From: Phaeosaccion multiseriatum
Taxonomy: Eukaryota; Protista; Ochrophyta, other classes
NCBI GenBank assembly: GCA_965112735.1
Contig: OZ218950.1
Location: 4,216,001-4,280,000 of the forward strand
Direction: 5' to 3'
DNA length: 64,000 nucleotides
In this document: piece after piece, positions 45,412 through 55,826 of the stretch
Position numbering within the stretch: the first letter of the stretch is position 1
How the letters are laid out: the number at the start of each line of letters is the position of its first letter
Made by a program: the position numbers and the translations under genes
The notes under the pieces: model-generated
Seen by the model: only the letters and a program-made list of their open reading frames with translations
Database searches by the model: none
Told to the model about the DNA's origin: nothing

Positions 45412-46758
45412 TCATTGCCCTTGACTTCCTCCTTCCTCTGCCAAGGCCAAGAGCGAGCCTGTTGGACTGATGGGGTCCCACAGGAAGTAGTGCAGTTTGT
45501 CGTGCAGCAGCAGGTCCGGCCTCCGTTCAAAGAGGCCCGACAGGAAGTGCTGCATGGTCTCTCGGATGTGATCAAAAGTCTCAAATGTAGAAGCGCCCTC
45601 CTGCTGATGCTGATGATGAGGCTGATGACGTTGCTGGTGGAATGGGCGTTGAGTGGGGTCTCCCCCGCCTCCGTTCCTGCCTCTTCTCCGCCGGCACAAC
45701 CCATCCTCGACAACGGCACCCCATCCACCGCCACCCCCTCCGCTCCCCCCGACAGTAATAGTGTGCCCCCCGTCTCCATTGCTACGACGCATGGACCGTA
45801 GTAGCAGCGCGGAGAGGCAGGCCTCTTTCGGGAATGAGAAGGACGGCGGCGGCTCCTGCTCCGAGTCTGGCGGATGTAGAAGGGACGACGACGGTGGTTG
45901 CGGAGGGGGTGACGGGCTTCGCGAGGGCAGCGAAAGAGCCCTCTTCCTGCCGCACCCCCCTTCTGCGCCGTTCTCCAGCCGGGCACCCGCCTCGGCCCCT
46001 CCCCTGCTGCTGCTGCTGCCTCGACTGCATGTCGAGCGTTCATGTCTTGCTCTTCTGACCCCAACGCGCCTTCGGTTCTTGGCTGTCCCACTTGCGCCAG
46101 TAGCAGCACCGGCAGGCTCGAGTAGCAGCCGCTCTATGCTGCGCTGAAGGCCTTTGTGGCTCCTCCAAGTCATGACAGACCGTCCCCCCGCGGTCACCTC
46201 GAGGCAGTAGCGTACTCCCGCGCTGCTCCCACACTTCCCCGATTTGAGTTCTGCCTTCGCCACCCGAAGTTGGATCCCGTGGCTGCTGCCGGCGTTGGCG
46301 GGACTTGCCCCCTCCAAGGTGCCCTCGCTGCTGCCGCTGCTGCCGCTACTGCTCGTGATGCTGCTGGTCCCAGTGCTGTGACTTTGGGATCGCGGCGCAC
46401 TCCCTTTCGAATACACCCCCTCTGCTGCCATGCGCTCCAGCGACCCTTGGGTAAGGGGCAATACGTCGGCTTCAACTGTTCCAGGTCCTCCTGCCGGTGC
46501 CGCTGCCGACTGTGCATCCGGTGCCTCGTTCGGTGCATCGTCCGATGCTCTCCCACCCGTGGCCTTACACAACGCGCTCAGAAGGGCAGCAGCAAATACA
46601 CTGCTGCTGTCAGTCCCACCCCCTTGCTCTTCGCTCCCTTCTGTGGGCCGCAGCAGCTCGTTCTGGCCCAGTCGGGCCCCACCACCGACGCCCCCAGACG
46701 TGTAGCAGCTGCTGCTGCTAATGTAGCCCGTTCCCACATATCCATGGCCTGCATACAT
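45412..46758 (-). CDS. Intronless protein with a probable PX (phox)-like domain split by a low-complexity insertion
   Basis: LRVAKAEL...VRYCLEVTAGGRSVMTWRSHKGLQ resembles the PX beta-sheet and RRYxxF position. IRETMQHFLSGLFERRPDLLLHDKLHYFLWD resembles the PX terminal helices. First ATG at 46758. Confidence 0.55.
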   Translation of the reverse strand: MYAGHGYVGTGYISSSSCYTSGGVGGGARLGQNELLRPTEGSEEQGGGTDSSSVFAAALLSALCKATGGRASDDAPNEAPDAQSAAAPAGGPGTVEADVLPLTQGSLERMAAEGVYSKGSAPRSQSHSTGTSSITSSSGSSGSSEGTLEGASPANAGSSHGIQLRVAKAELKSGKCGSSAGVRYCLEVTAGGRSVMTWRSHKGLQRSIERLLLEPAGAATGASGTAKNRRRVGVRRARHERSTCSRGSSSSRGGAEAGARLENGAEGGCGRKRALSLPSRSPSPPPQPPSSSLLHPPDSEQEPPPSFSFPKEACLSALLLRSMRRSNGDGGHTITVGGSGGGGGGWGAVVEDGLCRRRRGRNGGGGDPTQRPFHQQRHQPHHQHQQEGASTFETFDHIRETMQHFLSGLFERRPDLLLHDKLHYFLWDPISPTGSLLALAEEGGSQGQ

Positions 46759-47298
46759 GCTCCGTCTCTGTAGACTGGAGTCTAATAACCTCTGAGAGAG
46801 AGGCTTGACCCTCTCTCTCTCTCGAGAGGAGCTCCACACTTGCTCGATTGAGAGAGGTTTTTCCCAGAGAATTCGGCCTCACAGGGTCGGGAAGTTTGTT
46901 CAGAGCAATCCTGCAGCTGCTAGGGCTGCTGCCTGCAACATATATAGCAAGCTCCCTCGAACCCTTCCCTACCGCACCACCGAGACTTTTTCACTATTCT
47001 TCTTCTTTTATTAGAGCTGTAGCTTGCTTAACTTTGGAAGGTGTTGCGTCGGATGTTTCGCAAAAAGTTGGCGACGTTTCATCACCAACTTGTGAATGAA
47101 ACTGAAACTTACACATTCCTTTACGTCAATGAAATACGCTCAACCCACGAGGCCGAGGAGCTGTGGAAGAGGTAGAGGCGGTGCCAAAAAGGCGACTTTT
47201 TGATGAGCTATGCCTTATCCTCCCCCTCCCCCCCCCACCTTGGTTGCTCTGGTTACACCGCCTCCTTGTTGAGTGACCCTCTCCCTCTCTCCTCTCTG

Positions 47299-47656
47299 TT
47301 ACTGTTGGGAGGAGAGGATGTTGACATGCATTGCCACCTCCCAGGCGTTGAGCATCGTAAGGGGAATGAAGTGCCAGAAAGGGTAGCCCCCTGCCACTCT
47401 CCACGCCACGGAGGAGAAGGTGAGAAGGCTCACGAGGAGCACCCAGGCACTGATGAGCCCGCGGGACTTGTCGAACATGTCGACTGCGGAGCCACGAAGG
47501 GAGTGGGCGAGAAGAGAGGGAGAGGAGAGGCAGGAAGGACGACGAGTCGAGGAGGGTAAGTTTGGAAGTTTCTGTTTCTTGAACTCGCGATCAACGTCAA
47601 TCCTATCGATGTCGACACAGTACACAGAGCGAAGAAAGTGTGTGTGTGTGTATGTA

Positions 47657-47690
<34 letters not shown>

Positions 47691-50337
47691 GTAGGGAGCA
47701 AGAGAGGGAGACACAGGGAGCAAGCGATCTCACTCTCAACATTTTCGCACCTTTCTTGACCTGCCCGGTCGGCTCCCATCCGACCACCTTGCCCATGAAG
47801 CTGTCTCGGAAGGCGAAGAGGTGCGCATAGCACTCAATCACCTTGACCTTGAGCACGCACATGCCGTACTTGCCCGGTTGCGAGATCCAGTAGTAGCGCA
47901 TGTATATTTGGATAAAGAAGAGGGCGGGCAGGATGAAGGCGATGTTCCACCACAGCACAAGGTCGGGTCGGAGACACACGAGTAGGATGGAGGGCAGGGG
48001 AAGGAGGACGATGGAGCTAAAGTTGGAGAAGTTCCAAAAGAGGCCCGTGAGGAAGTGGAGACGTTGCTTGAAGGTGAGCTTGGAGTTCCAAAAGTCGTCG
48101 TCGTACAGGGTGAGCGTGCCCTGCGCCCATCGGTACTGCTGCATGAAGAAGGCCGGGAGGTTGTCTGGGCACTGCCCCATGGACAGACAGAGAGGCAGGT
48201 AGCGCGTGTGCATGCCAATGTTGTTGAGGAGCATGCCGATGCGAATGTCCTCCGAGTGCTCCACGTAGCTGCAGCCTCCAAAGGGCGCAACTGCGGTGCG
48301 GCGGTAGATGCCGCAGGACCCCACGCAGATGGCGGCGTTGGAACGGTCTCGGTTCTGCTGGAGGAGGCGGTAGAACAGCTCCTGCCCGATGCCTGCCCCC
48401 TGCTCGACCCAGGTCTGCCCCTCGCGGACCTGTAGTGGTGACAGTGAGTGGAGAGGTGGAAGGGAGGTGTGGGAAGGCGGGAAGGGAGGAGGAGGAGAAG
48501 GAGGAGGTTGAGAGAGATGCTCTGTCTTTCCCTCTCTGCCTCTCCTTCTCTCTCTCTACTTCTCTCTCTCTCTCACCTTGAAGTACTGTGGCGTCTGCAC
48601 AATGCCCACATCGGGCTCGTTGCCAAAGTAGGGGATGGTGTGGCGCAAGAAGTCCTGGCGGGGGCAAAAGTCGGCATCGAAAATGACGAAAAAGTCCGCC
48701 TTGGTCTGCGTAAAGGCGAAGCGGAGGTTGCCGGCCTTCTTGAGGTGGGGCCTGTCGGGGCGGGTGAGGTAATGGAAGCCGTACATGTCTGCGAGCTCTC
48801 GGTGCTGCGCCTTGGCCCCGTCGTCCAGCACCCACACGTTAAGGTTGGGCCAGTCCAGCATGCACACGTGCTCCCATGTGTTTTGGAGCACGGCCAGGGG
48901 CTCGGCGCAGATGGGCAAGTAAATGTCCACCGAGGGCAAGTAGTCCTTGTGTGTCTCCACCACCTCCATGTGGTCTTCAATGGTCATGTCGCGCGTGCAG
49001 AGACCCATGTCCACAAAGGTGGAGGCCTGGTTGAGCGTCATGAACAGGAGAGGGATGGCCAGGATGTACACCGCTGGAGAGATGAGCACGAAGAGCCACA
49101 GGGCGCCGAGCACACCCACACTGGCGGCCCCCGCGAAGATGTAGAAGGACGGCCGCTTGGTGTCCAAGTAGCTCACCAGGTCCTCATCGGAGGGCGCCAC
49201 GGGCATGACGAGGGTGCTGTCGATCGCTTGCTTGGCGGTTTCCGAGTCGATTAGGTCCAGCACCGTGCGAATGTCCTCCACTGTTCGCTGCTTGTATGTT
49301 GTGACTTGTGTGCCCCCCCCCGCCTCACTCATCATACTGAAGCTTGTCGACACGTCATCGAAGCTCATAGTCCGGCCCCGACTCTGGGCGTGAGCCGTGC
49401 TCTCCGGCCCCGCCAAAGAAGCAGAGCCGAAGCCGAAGCCCACCTCCTTCCTCCTCTCCTCTTCCTTGGTGGCAAGCTCGTCCATCACGAGGTTGGACCA
49501 CAAGTGCACTCGCCAGTCCTTCCCCCCCGTGGCCAAGTACTTCCTCGTGGGAGAATTGGCTGCCGTAGAAGTGCCTCGAACAGAGGAAACATCACCCGCA
49601 GAGAACCCACCACCACCCCCACCGGAAGAAGTGTTTCGAGCAGTGGACACATCACCCACGGAGGAGCCCCCAGCAGCGTGATAAACCGAAAAGGCCGAAA
49701 AGTTTGACATTTCATCACACACGCTGTCGTACGCTTCGGACCCGGCGCTGTCGCTGCTGTCACTAAACCTCTGACTCTGCTCCAACTCGCTCTCGTCACG
49801 CAGCTCCCTCTCTACCTCTCTCCCCCACTCCTCTTCTGCTCTGAGCGCAGCCCTCGGGAGCTGCTCTCCAATAGGCTTCTTGGATTCCGGAGGTGATGGA
49901 AGTGGTGGTAGTAGTGGTGGGGCCTCAGCGTCGTTGGCGTTCCGTGGGGTATGTGGAGTGTTCTCGGGGTTGTCTGTTGTCTCTGAGCGCACCGACTTCC
50001 CGTCGACCTCGGTGGCGGTGTTGCACCTACTCTCGTAGAAGATGGACCCGCCATTCACCCGGCCGTCTTGTTTCGGCATTTCTCGAGCCAGGAAGTCCTT
50101 CAATGTCATCGCATGCAACAGCGACTGCACGGATGTCTTCTCTGCGCCCTCTTCTTTTCCATTAAGAGACTCCATCTGCTTTCCCTCAAGCTCCTTCCGC
50201 GCGTTGGAATGCACAGGTTGGCGTTGGGGATAGCTCGTCAGAATCACTCGCTTGCCACTCATGCCCACCCCACCTAACGCCCGTTTCCGTTTGACATCCT
50301 CCCCCTCCCTCCCCACAGCGCCTGTTGACACACGCAT
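47299..50337 (-). CDS. Processive GT2 beta-glucan/cellulose synthase-like (BcsA/CesA-type catalytic core), 3 exons: 50337-48577, 48429-47751, 47483-47299
   Basis: PSVDIYLPICAEP, VWVLDDG, KKAGNL, IFDADF, IVQTPQYF, CVGSCGIYRR, EHSED and QQYRWAQG (D,D,D,QxxRW set), WEPTG, with flanking TM helices. Confidence 0.92.
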
Positions 50338-50706
50338 CGCAGTCTCCTCCTCCTTTGTGTTGGCCTTGGATCTGGCCCTCCAGCACTTTTCCTACTTTGT
50401 GCGGGCCTTTGATCTGGCCTTCAGCAATGATGCTATTGCTCATTTGTGCCAAGCCTGGCCCTTCCATCTTGGGCCTCATCAATGGAAGGGCGCCGAGAAG
50501 GAGATAAAAGTAACGTTCAAAAAAAGGGGGAAAGGAACCATCCAAAATTCAAAATTCGATCCAAATTCCAAATTCATCTAGTCCAATCAAGTGCATAGTC
50601 CGTCGCCCGCCAGCCGATCCGCTATCCGCTATCGAGCGTCGTCAGGGGTCGAGTGTATTACAAATAACGAGTCGACGCACCACCACTCACTCCGTCACTC
50701 AGTCAT

Positions 50707-52659
50707 TTACAGCAGCAGCACTCTATCTCCCTCGGGCCGAGGGTTTGCCGTGCGCCTCGCCCCGCTCTGCTGCGCCCCCCTAAGGATGCGCCCAACAACC
50801 AACGGCTCCTCCTCCGGGCACGTGCTTCTCGCAGAAAAGTCCCACGGCCCTCCATTCAGAGACGGCGGCCCTTCCCACATGAGGGGCAGCGTACCATCCA
50901 TGTGCGCCATCAAGAGGAACACCCCCAAGGTGCTCGGTACGAGGTATAGCAGCGCGGGCTGGCCCATGTCCATGGCATACACGGCAACATCGGCCGCCAT
51001 GAGCCCGACTGCGTACCCCACAGCCGTGGGGGCAAAGTAGCCGTGGTGCAAGGGGAGTCTGACGGAAGTGTCGTAGCGCAGAGCGAAGCTGAGGAGCAGG
51101 CCCGGGAGGACAATGTCGCCCAGCCCCAGCATGGTGTAGCCCCCCATGTAGTCGCCAATACGTGGGAGGGTGAGGAGCATGGGCAGGGAAGACGAGACGC
51201 AGCCGCCGTCACTCGGGTACTTTTCGCAGTACGTGGGGTCCTTCGTCGGCCTGGTACCTGAAGCCACCTCCACCATGACGCTGGTCGAGAAGAGGAAGGG
51301 GCTGATGAAGACCCAAAAGATGTCGTAAACGAAGGCCATGGAGAGCAGTGCACTGGCCACCTTGACGTTGTTGATGCAAATCATTTTGAGGAAGAACACG
51401 CACAGGCAGCAGCCGAAAAAGTCCTGCAGCAGCCACGCGTACGAAGCCGTATTTCTCACAGAGAACCACCACAGCGCCAGAGCCCCCGCCAGCACGTAGG
51501 CCACAAGCTTTACTCTAGGGAGGGGGCACACCCGGTTGTGGATGCTGTCCGTTCTGGAGGGGTCCATGACTCTGCTTAGCAAAGGCACAAGCAGCACGGT
51601 CACCACAGCGCCAGATGCACTTGCGGTGTATAGAAGAGTGATGATGAGAGTCAGGTCGAAGAAGAACAGCAGCAGGAGAGCGCAGCTGGCCAGCAAGATA
51701 AACCCCACCGTGTGATACAGTCCCACATCCAATTCGCTGCCACCGCGGCCTCCTGTCTCTGTCTCGTCTTGCGCTCGTCCCAGCTCTGGTGAAGCTTTCT
51801 GCGAGGTCAATGCCCGCAACTCATCGCCGCTGCAGTAGGCGGCGGTTATTGCCGTGGCGACGCCGAGCGCCCATAGAAGGAAGGAACTGATGTTCACGTT
51901 GCTGCGGGGGCGGGCGTACTCATTCCCTTCCATCCCTCCCGCCGCCCATGTCCGCAAGTCAGAGCCACCGCCCATGGTCGCAAACGCCACAGGAATATGA
52001 ACACTCTGCGCGACTTCAGCGTCCGAGTAGCCAGGCGTCACAAATAAATCCCACGCGCAACACACCTTGGTGCCCTGGACGCTGTCCACAACCTCAGTGA
52101 GCAGGCAGGCACCACTCGCGCATCTGTCGTCCAGGCTGCACGCCGGAACATTATTGGCGTCACTCCACACGGGAGAAGCCACCTCGGGCAACCAGCCCTG
52201 CCCATTGCCGCACTCATAGTCCGTCTCTGCCTCCGCATACTCCCTGCCTGCGTATATGCCTTCCAAGGTGTTGACGATGATCACTCCAGAAGCCCCAGCC
52301 TCCTGCGCAGCTGCCGCCTTGCAATCAAAACTGCAATTCCCCCTCTCCACCACCAGCACAAAACCGTCGGCGGCGGTCGAGTCCACCAGCCCCATGCTAT
52401 CGCACCCATCCGTGGATGACAACGGCAGCAGCAGAGGAACAGGAGGGCCCACTTGCGCCTTCTCCAAGAGGGAGGTCCCAAAATTGGCCAACGAGATGAA
52501 CGTGCTTTCCCCTGAGGACACCACCACTGTCCCTGTCGGTAGCACCGAGCGTGCCCCTTGCCACTGCAGTTTGGCAAGGAGCAGCAGCAGTGCTTGTCGA
52601 CAACACATCGGCCATCTCCTCCGCTGCCTTGGCCTCTTTCTTCCAGGGGCCACCATCAA
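50707..52659 (-). CDS. Signal peptide peptidase-like intramembrane aspartyl protease (A22B, SPPL2-type with PA domain), intronless
   Basis: PA domain VLVVERGNCSFDCKAAAAQEAGASGVIIVN; catalytic AFVYDIFWVF and LGLGDIVLPG; QPALLYLVP motif. Confidence 0.94.
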   Translation of the reverse strand: MMVAPGRKRPRQRRRWPMCCRQALLLLLAKLQWQGARSVLPTGTVVVSSGESTFISLANFGTSLLEKAQVGPPVPLLLPLSSTDGCDSMGLVDSTAADGFVLVVERGNCSFDCKAAAAQEAGASGVIIVNTLEGIYAGREYAEAETDYECGNGQGWLPEVASPVWSDANNVPACSLDDRCASGACLLTEVVDSVQGTKVCCAWDLFVTPGYSDAEVAQSVHIPVAFATMGGGSDLRTWAAGGMEGNEYARPRSNVNISSFLLWALGVATAITAAYCSGDELRALTSQKASPELGRAQDETETGGRGGSELDVGLYHTVGFILLASCALLLLFFFDLTLIITLLYTASASGAVVTVLLVPLLSRVMDPSRTDSIHNRVCPLPRVKLVAYVLAGALALWWFSVRNTASYAWLLQDFFGCCLCVFFLKMICINNVKVASALLSMAFVYDIFWVFISPFLFSTSVMVEVASGTRPTKDPTYCEKYPSDGGCVSSSLPMLLTLPRIGDYMGGYTMLGLGDIVLPGLLLSFALRYDTSVRLPLHHGYFAPTAVGYAVGLMAADVAVYAMDMGQPALLYLVPSTLGVFLLMAHMDGTLPLMWEGPPSLNGGPWDFSARSTCPEEEPLVVGRILRGAQQSGARRTANPRPEGDRVLLL

Positions 52660-52966
52660 TACGAAAGGAGAGGGTAGGGGAGGGAAGACAACAGAGGAAG
52701 GAGGAGAGCTGGGTACGCCTTAGGCTCAATGGGTCGCTTTGTGCCCTGCCACTCTGCTGAACTCGCCCGCGGAACGGAACCTCGTTTCTTCGGTTCTCCA
52801 GTTGGCGATGCAGTTTCCACTTTCAGGTATTCGCCCTTTACTTTTGCCACGTTCAGAGTTCAGAGGATCCTCAGAGAGAAAGATACATCACGTGGGAGGA
52901 GAGAGAGCTCTCGCTATCTGTTGAGGAGGAGGGGGGAGGTTAGGGCCGGAGGTCTGCTGCCGCTGC

Positions 52967-54487
52967 ATGGCCAGTATGCAGCGGCAGGCCATAGCGCCCG
53001 AGGTAAGAACCGCTTATCTTTGGGATGGGTTGTAAGGTCGAAAGGGAGAGAAGAGCGTCTCAGCGTCTCAGTGAGGTTGAGAAAGTGGAGTCTTAGGCTT
53101 CCAAAGTCCGGAATGTGCCCCCCTGACACGTCTCCTTCCCTCTCCCCTTCCACCCTCGCTGCGCGCTCCACAGGGGCAGCGAATCTTTTTTGCCCTGAAC
53201 AATGAGGAGAGCTTGGCCTCTATTAAGGCGCTGGTTATCAAGCTCGTTGCCAAACGCGGCAAAGCGAGCCTGGAACAGCCCATTCAGGAGGGGGGCAGTA
53301 CTGTTATGGTTTGGGCCGCGAAGTGCGATCGGCTGGATGTCGTGGACCTTCTGCTGCAGAAGCGGGCGTCCTTCAGCAGTGGACGCGAACCCGATAGGGA
53401 CACGCCACTCTTGGGGACTAGCATGTATGGGCATGACCAGATTGTGGCGCGGCTACTGGACGTTGGAGCCGCTGTCGACGGAGCCAATGCGATTGGCCTC
53501 ACCCCTCTTATCGCGGCTTCTGAAGGTGGTTTTCCAGCCGTGGTGCGTCTACTCATCCGTGCGGGTGCCAGTATAGACGCAGTTTGTGAGGGCGGAGTCA
53601 CTTCGCTCTATCTATCCTCTCAGAACGGGCACACCTCCATTGTAGAGCAGCTTATTTCAGCGCAAGCGGATGTAGGGGTAAAAGAGAATGAAGGAAGGAC
53701 TCCGCTCATAGCAGCGGCTACATGCGGGCATGGAAGCGTGGTGCGGCAGCTTACCAGGGCCCACGCCAGGATCGAGGAGACTGATAACAGTGGCAGGACT
53801 CCCCTTCACATGGCCTCGGTGGAAGGACATGCCTCCGTCGTGCAGCAGCTTCTCGATATGAATGCCAACGCGAATATCAGAGATAACGATGGGTTTACTC
53901 CCCTCAACGCCGCTGCTCAGAAGGCGCATTTGGTGGTGGTGGACAAGCTGTTGTCGGCCGGAGCAGACGTAGCCGTGCCTGACATCCAAGGTTTTACTCC
54001 TCTTCACCACGCCGCTGAAAGAGGTCACGACGCCGTGGTGAAACGTCTTCTCTCTGCGGGAGCAAGGGCGGAGACGATCACGATCCTCGGCAGTTTACCT
54101 CTCCACCTTGCAGCAAGCAATGGGCACGAGGCTGTCGTCGCTCGTCTCATCTCTGCGGGATCTCCCATCGATACTCACAAGTTGAATGGTGCCACTCCTC
54201 TATTCCTCGCCATCAACAAAAACCAGCGCGGCACTGCGCGGCAGCTCCTCGCGGCCGATGCTTCGGTGGACAAGGCCTTGACGTGGGTGCAGTGGACTGG
54301 AATAGGCCCCGAGATTGGACAGCGACTCAGAGACTTAGCAGCAGCCGTCTTCCGCTCTCAAAGCGCGTTGGACTGGATGCGAAGGACCGATCCGACCTTC
54401 GGCAAGGAGAGGGGGATGCCGCCGCTGGAGAGGCCCTGGGGCGTGCAGAGCGAGACGTGGGAGAGCATGGCGGAGGAAATGCGCTGA
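52967..54487 (+). CDS. Ankyrin-repeat protein, copy 1 (~10 repeats); exon 1 52967-53002, exon 2 53174-54487
   Basis: 33-aa GxTPLH.A...GH..VV..LL..GA repeats. A short first exon MASMQRQAIAPE|gtaag splices in phase to ccacag|GQRIF. Confidence 0.9.
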
Positions 54488-55826
54488 AGGGGCGGCTGTG
54501 TCTGACGGGGCGAGGTGGGAGGGATGCTACTTCGAGGCCCAGGAGTAGAATAGGTGGGCTGGCGTGAGGTACAACACCAAGAAGGACCAAGAAGGACAGG
54601 TACGGTCATGTTTGGACCTCGCAGAGTCTCTGTTCTAAAGGGGCATGTTGAGTGCGTGTGTGTATGGAGGGGTGGGGGAGGGTTTCGACACGTGTCGTGT
54701 GTTGTGCAGGCCAATCACTCCTCCCCCCCCTCTCTTCCTTGATCGCTTCTTAACACGCGCCTCACTCATCTTACTTACCTCTCTCTCTCTCCTCCTCTCT
54801 CGTTTCTCTCCCTTTGTCTTACTCGTATCGCCCCCTCTTCCTCTCCTCTCCCCCTCTGCCTTTCTCTCTCATCCAACATCTCGCGAACACTGGAAACTAC
54901 CCCTCAAAACAGGTGTTGACGCCTTGTTCGTATCCCACCCTACTTATTTATATGATGACATGCCCTTGCTGGCCACTCTCAGCGTCTGCCACTCTCGGCG
55001 TCTGCCACTCTCAGGGTTTGGCCTTGCGACTGCCGCTCACTCTAAAGGTTCCAGAATACGAAGAGTTGGACTGTTCTCATTTTTTTGCCATTGCAGCGTC
55101 GCAGCAATGTAGCTTCCTGTTGATACATGGAGTTCCATCCCCGTTGCCTGACGAGAAACCAATGGCCAATGGCCCCTCCTCACTGCACTGACTTCCCCAT
55201 TGAATGACTCGCCCACCAACCCCCCCCCCCGACTTCCTGGGTGCCCAGGAAAGTCGAACCCTGACATAGACCTTGGTCGACCCACGGGCAGGCTCGAAAT
55301 CCGCTTTCAAAGCCAGATCCACGATTCCCCCTCTCTGTCTCCTTCTTTGCAATGCGTCCGTTGTCCAGTCGCCACACCTTTTTTCGCCTTCCCCGACGTC
55401 TCGCACAATGTTGTGTGTCTTCGTTGATTTCTTTCTTTCATTTTTTCAGGGAGTGAAAGCTGGTCTCATTTGTCACAACCCTCTCCCCTTGGGCAGCTCC
55501 TCCGACAAATTGCTGATCCCCGTTGCCCACGTTGCGGTAAAGGTATGCTCAACCAGTGGGAGGGGAGGAGGTGGTTGTTGTGTCCCCCCCCCCCCCCCTG
55601 GGGAAAACTTCGTTCCGCGAATAGTGGCCAAGCAACGCGTTTCGTTCACTTTGCAGGCGCGATTGGTGGAGCCACCCAAGTCAGGAGCGGTAGGCTGTGA
55701 CAGCTAGGGCATCTGCGCTGCATCGTTCCTTGTCTGCACCACAGCTCTTCCCGCCTGAAGGGCAAGGAGGGATGGGGTGGGGGCTGTGCTTTCCCCTCTC
55801 TCAGCGCCCCCCTCTTAACGCCAGCT

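Noticed and set aside
47484-47750. Continuous 341-aa ORF through the GT2 C-terminus containing THTHTH
   Set aside because: The segment is a 267-nt in-frame intron (GTGCG...CGCAG) containing a (CA)n repeat.
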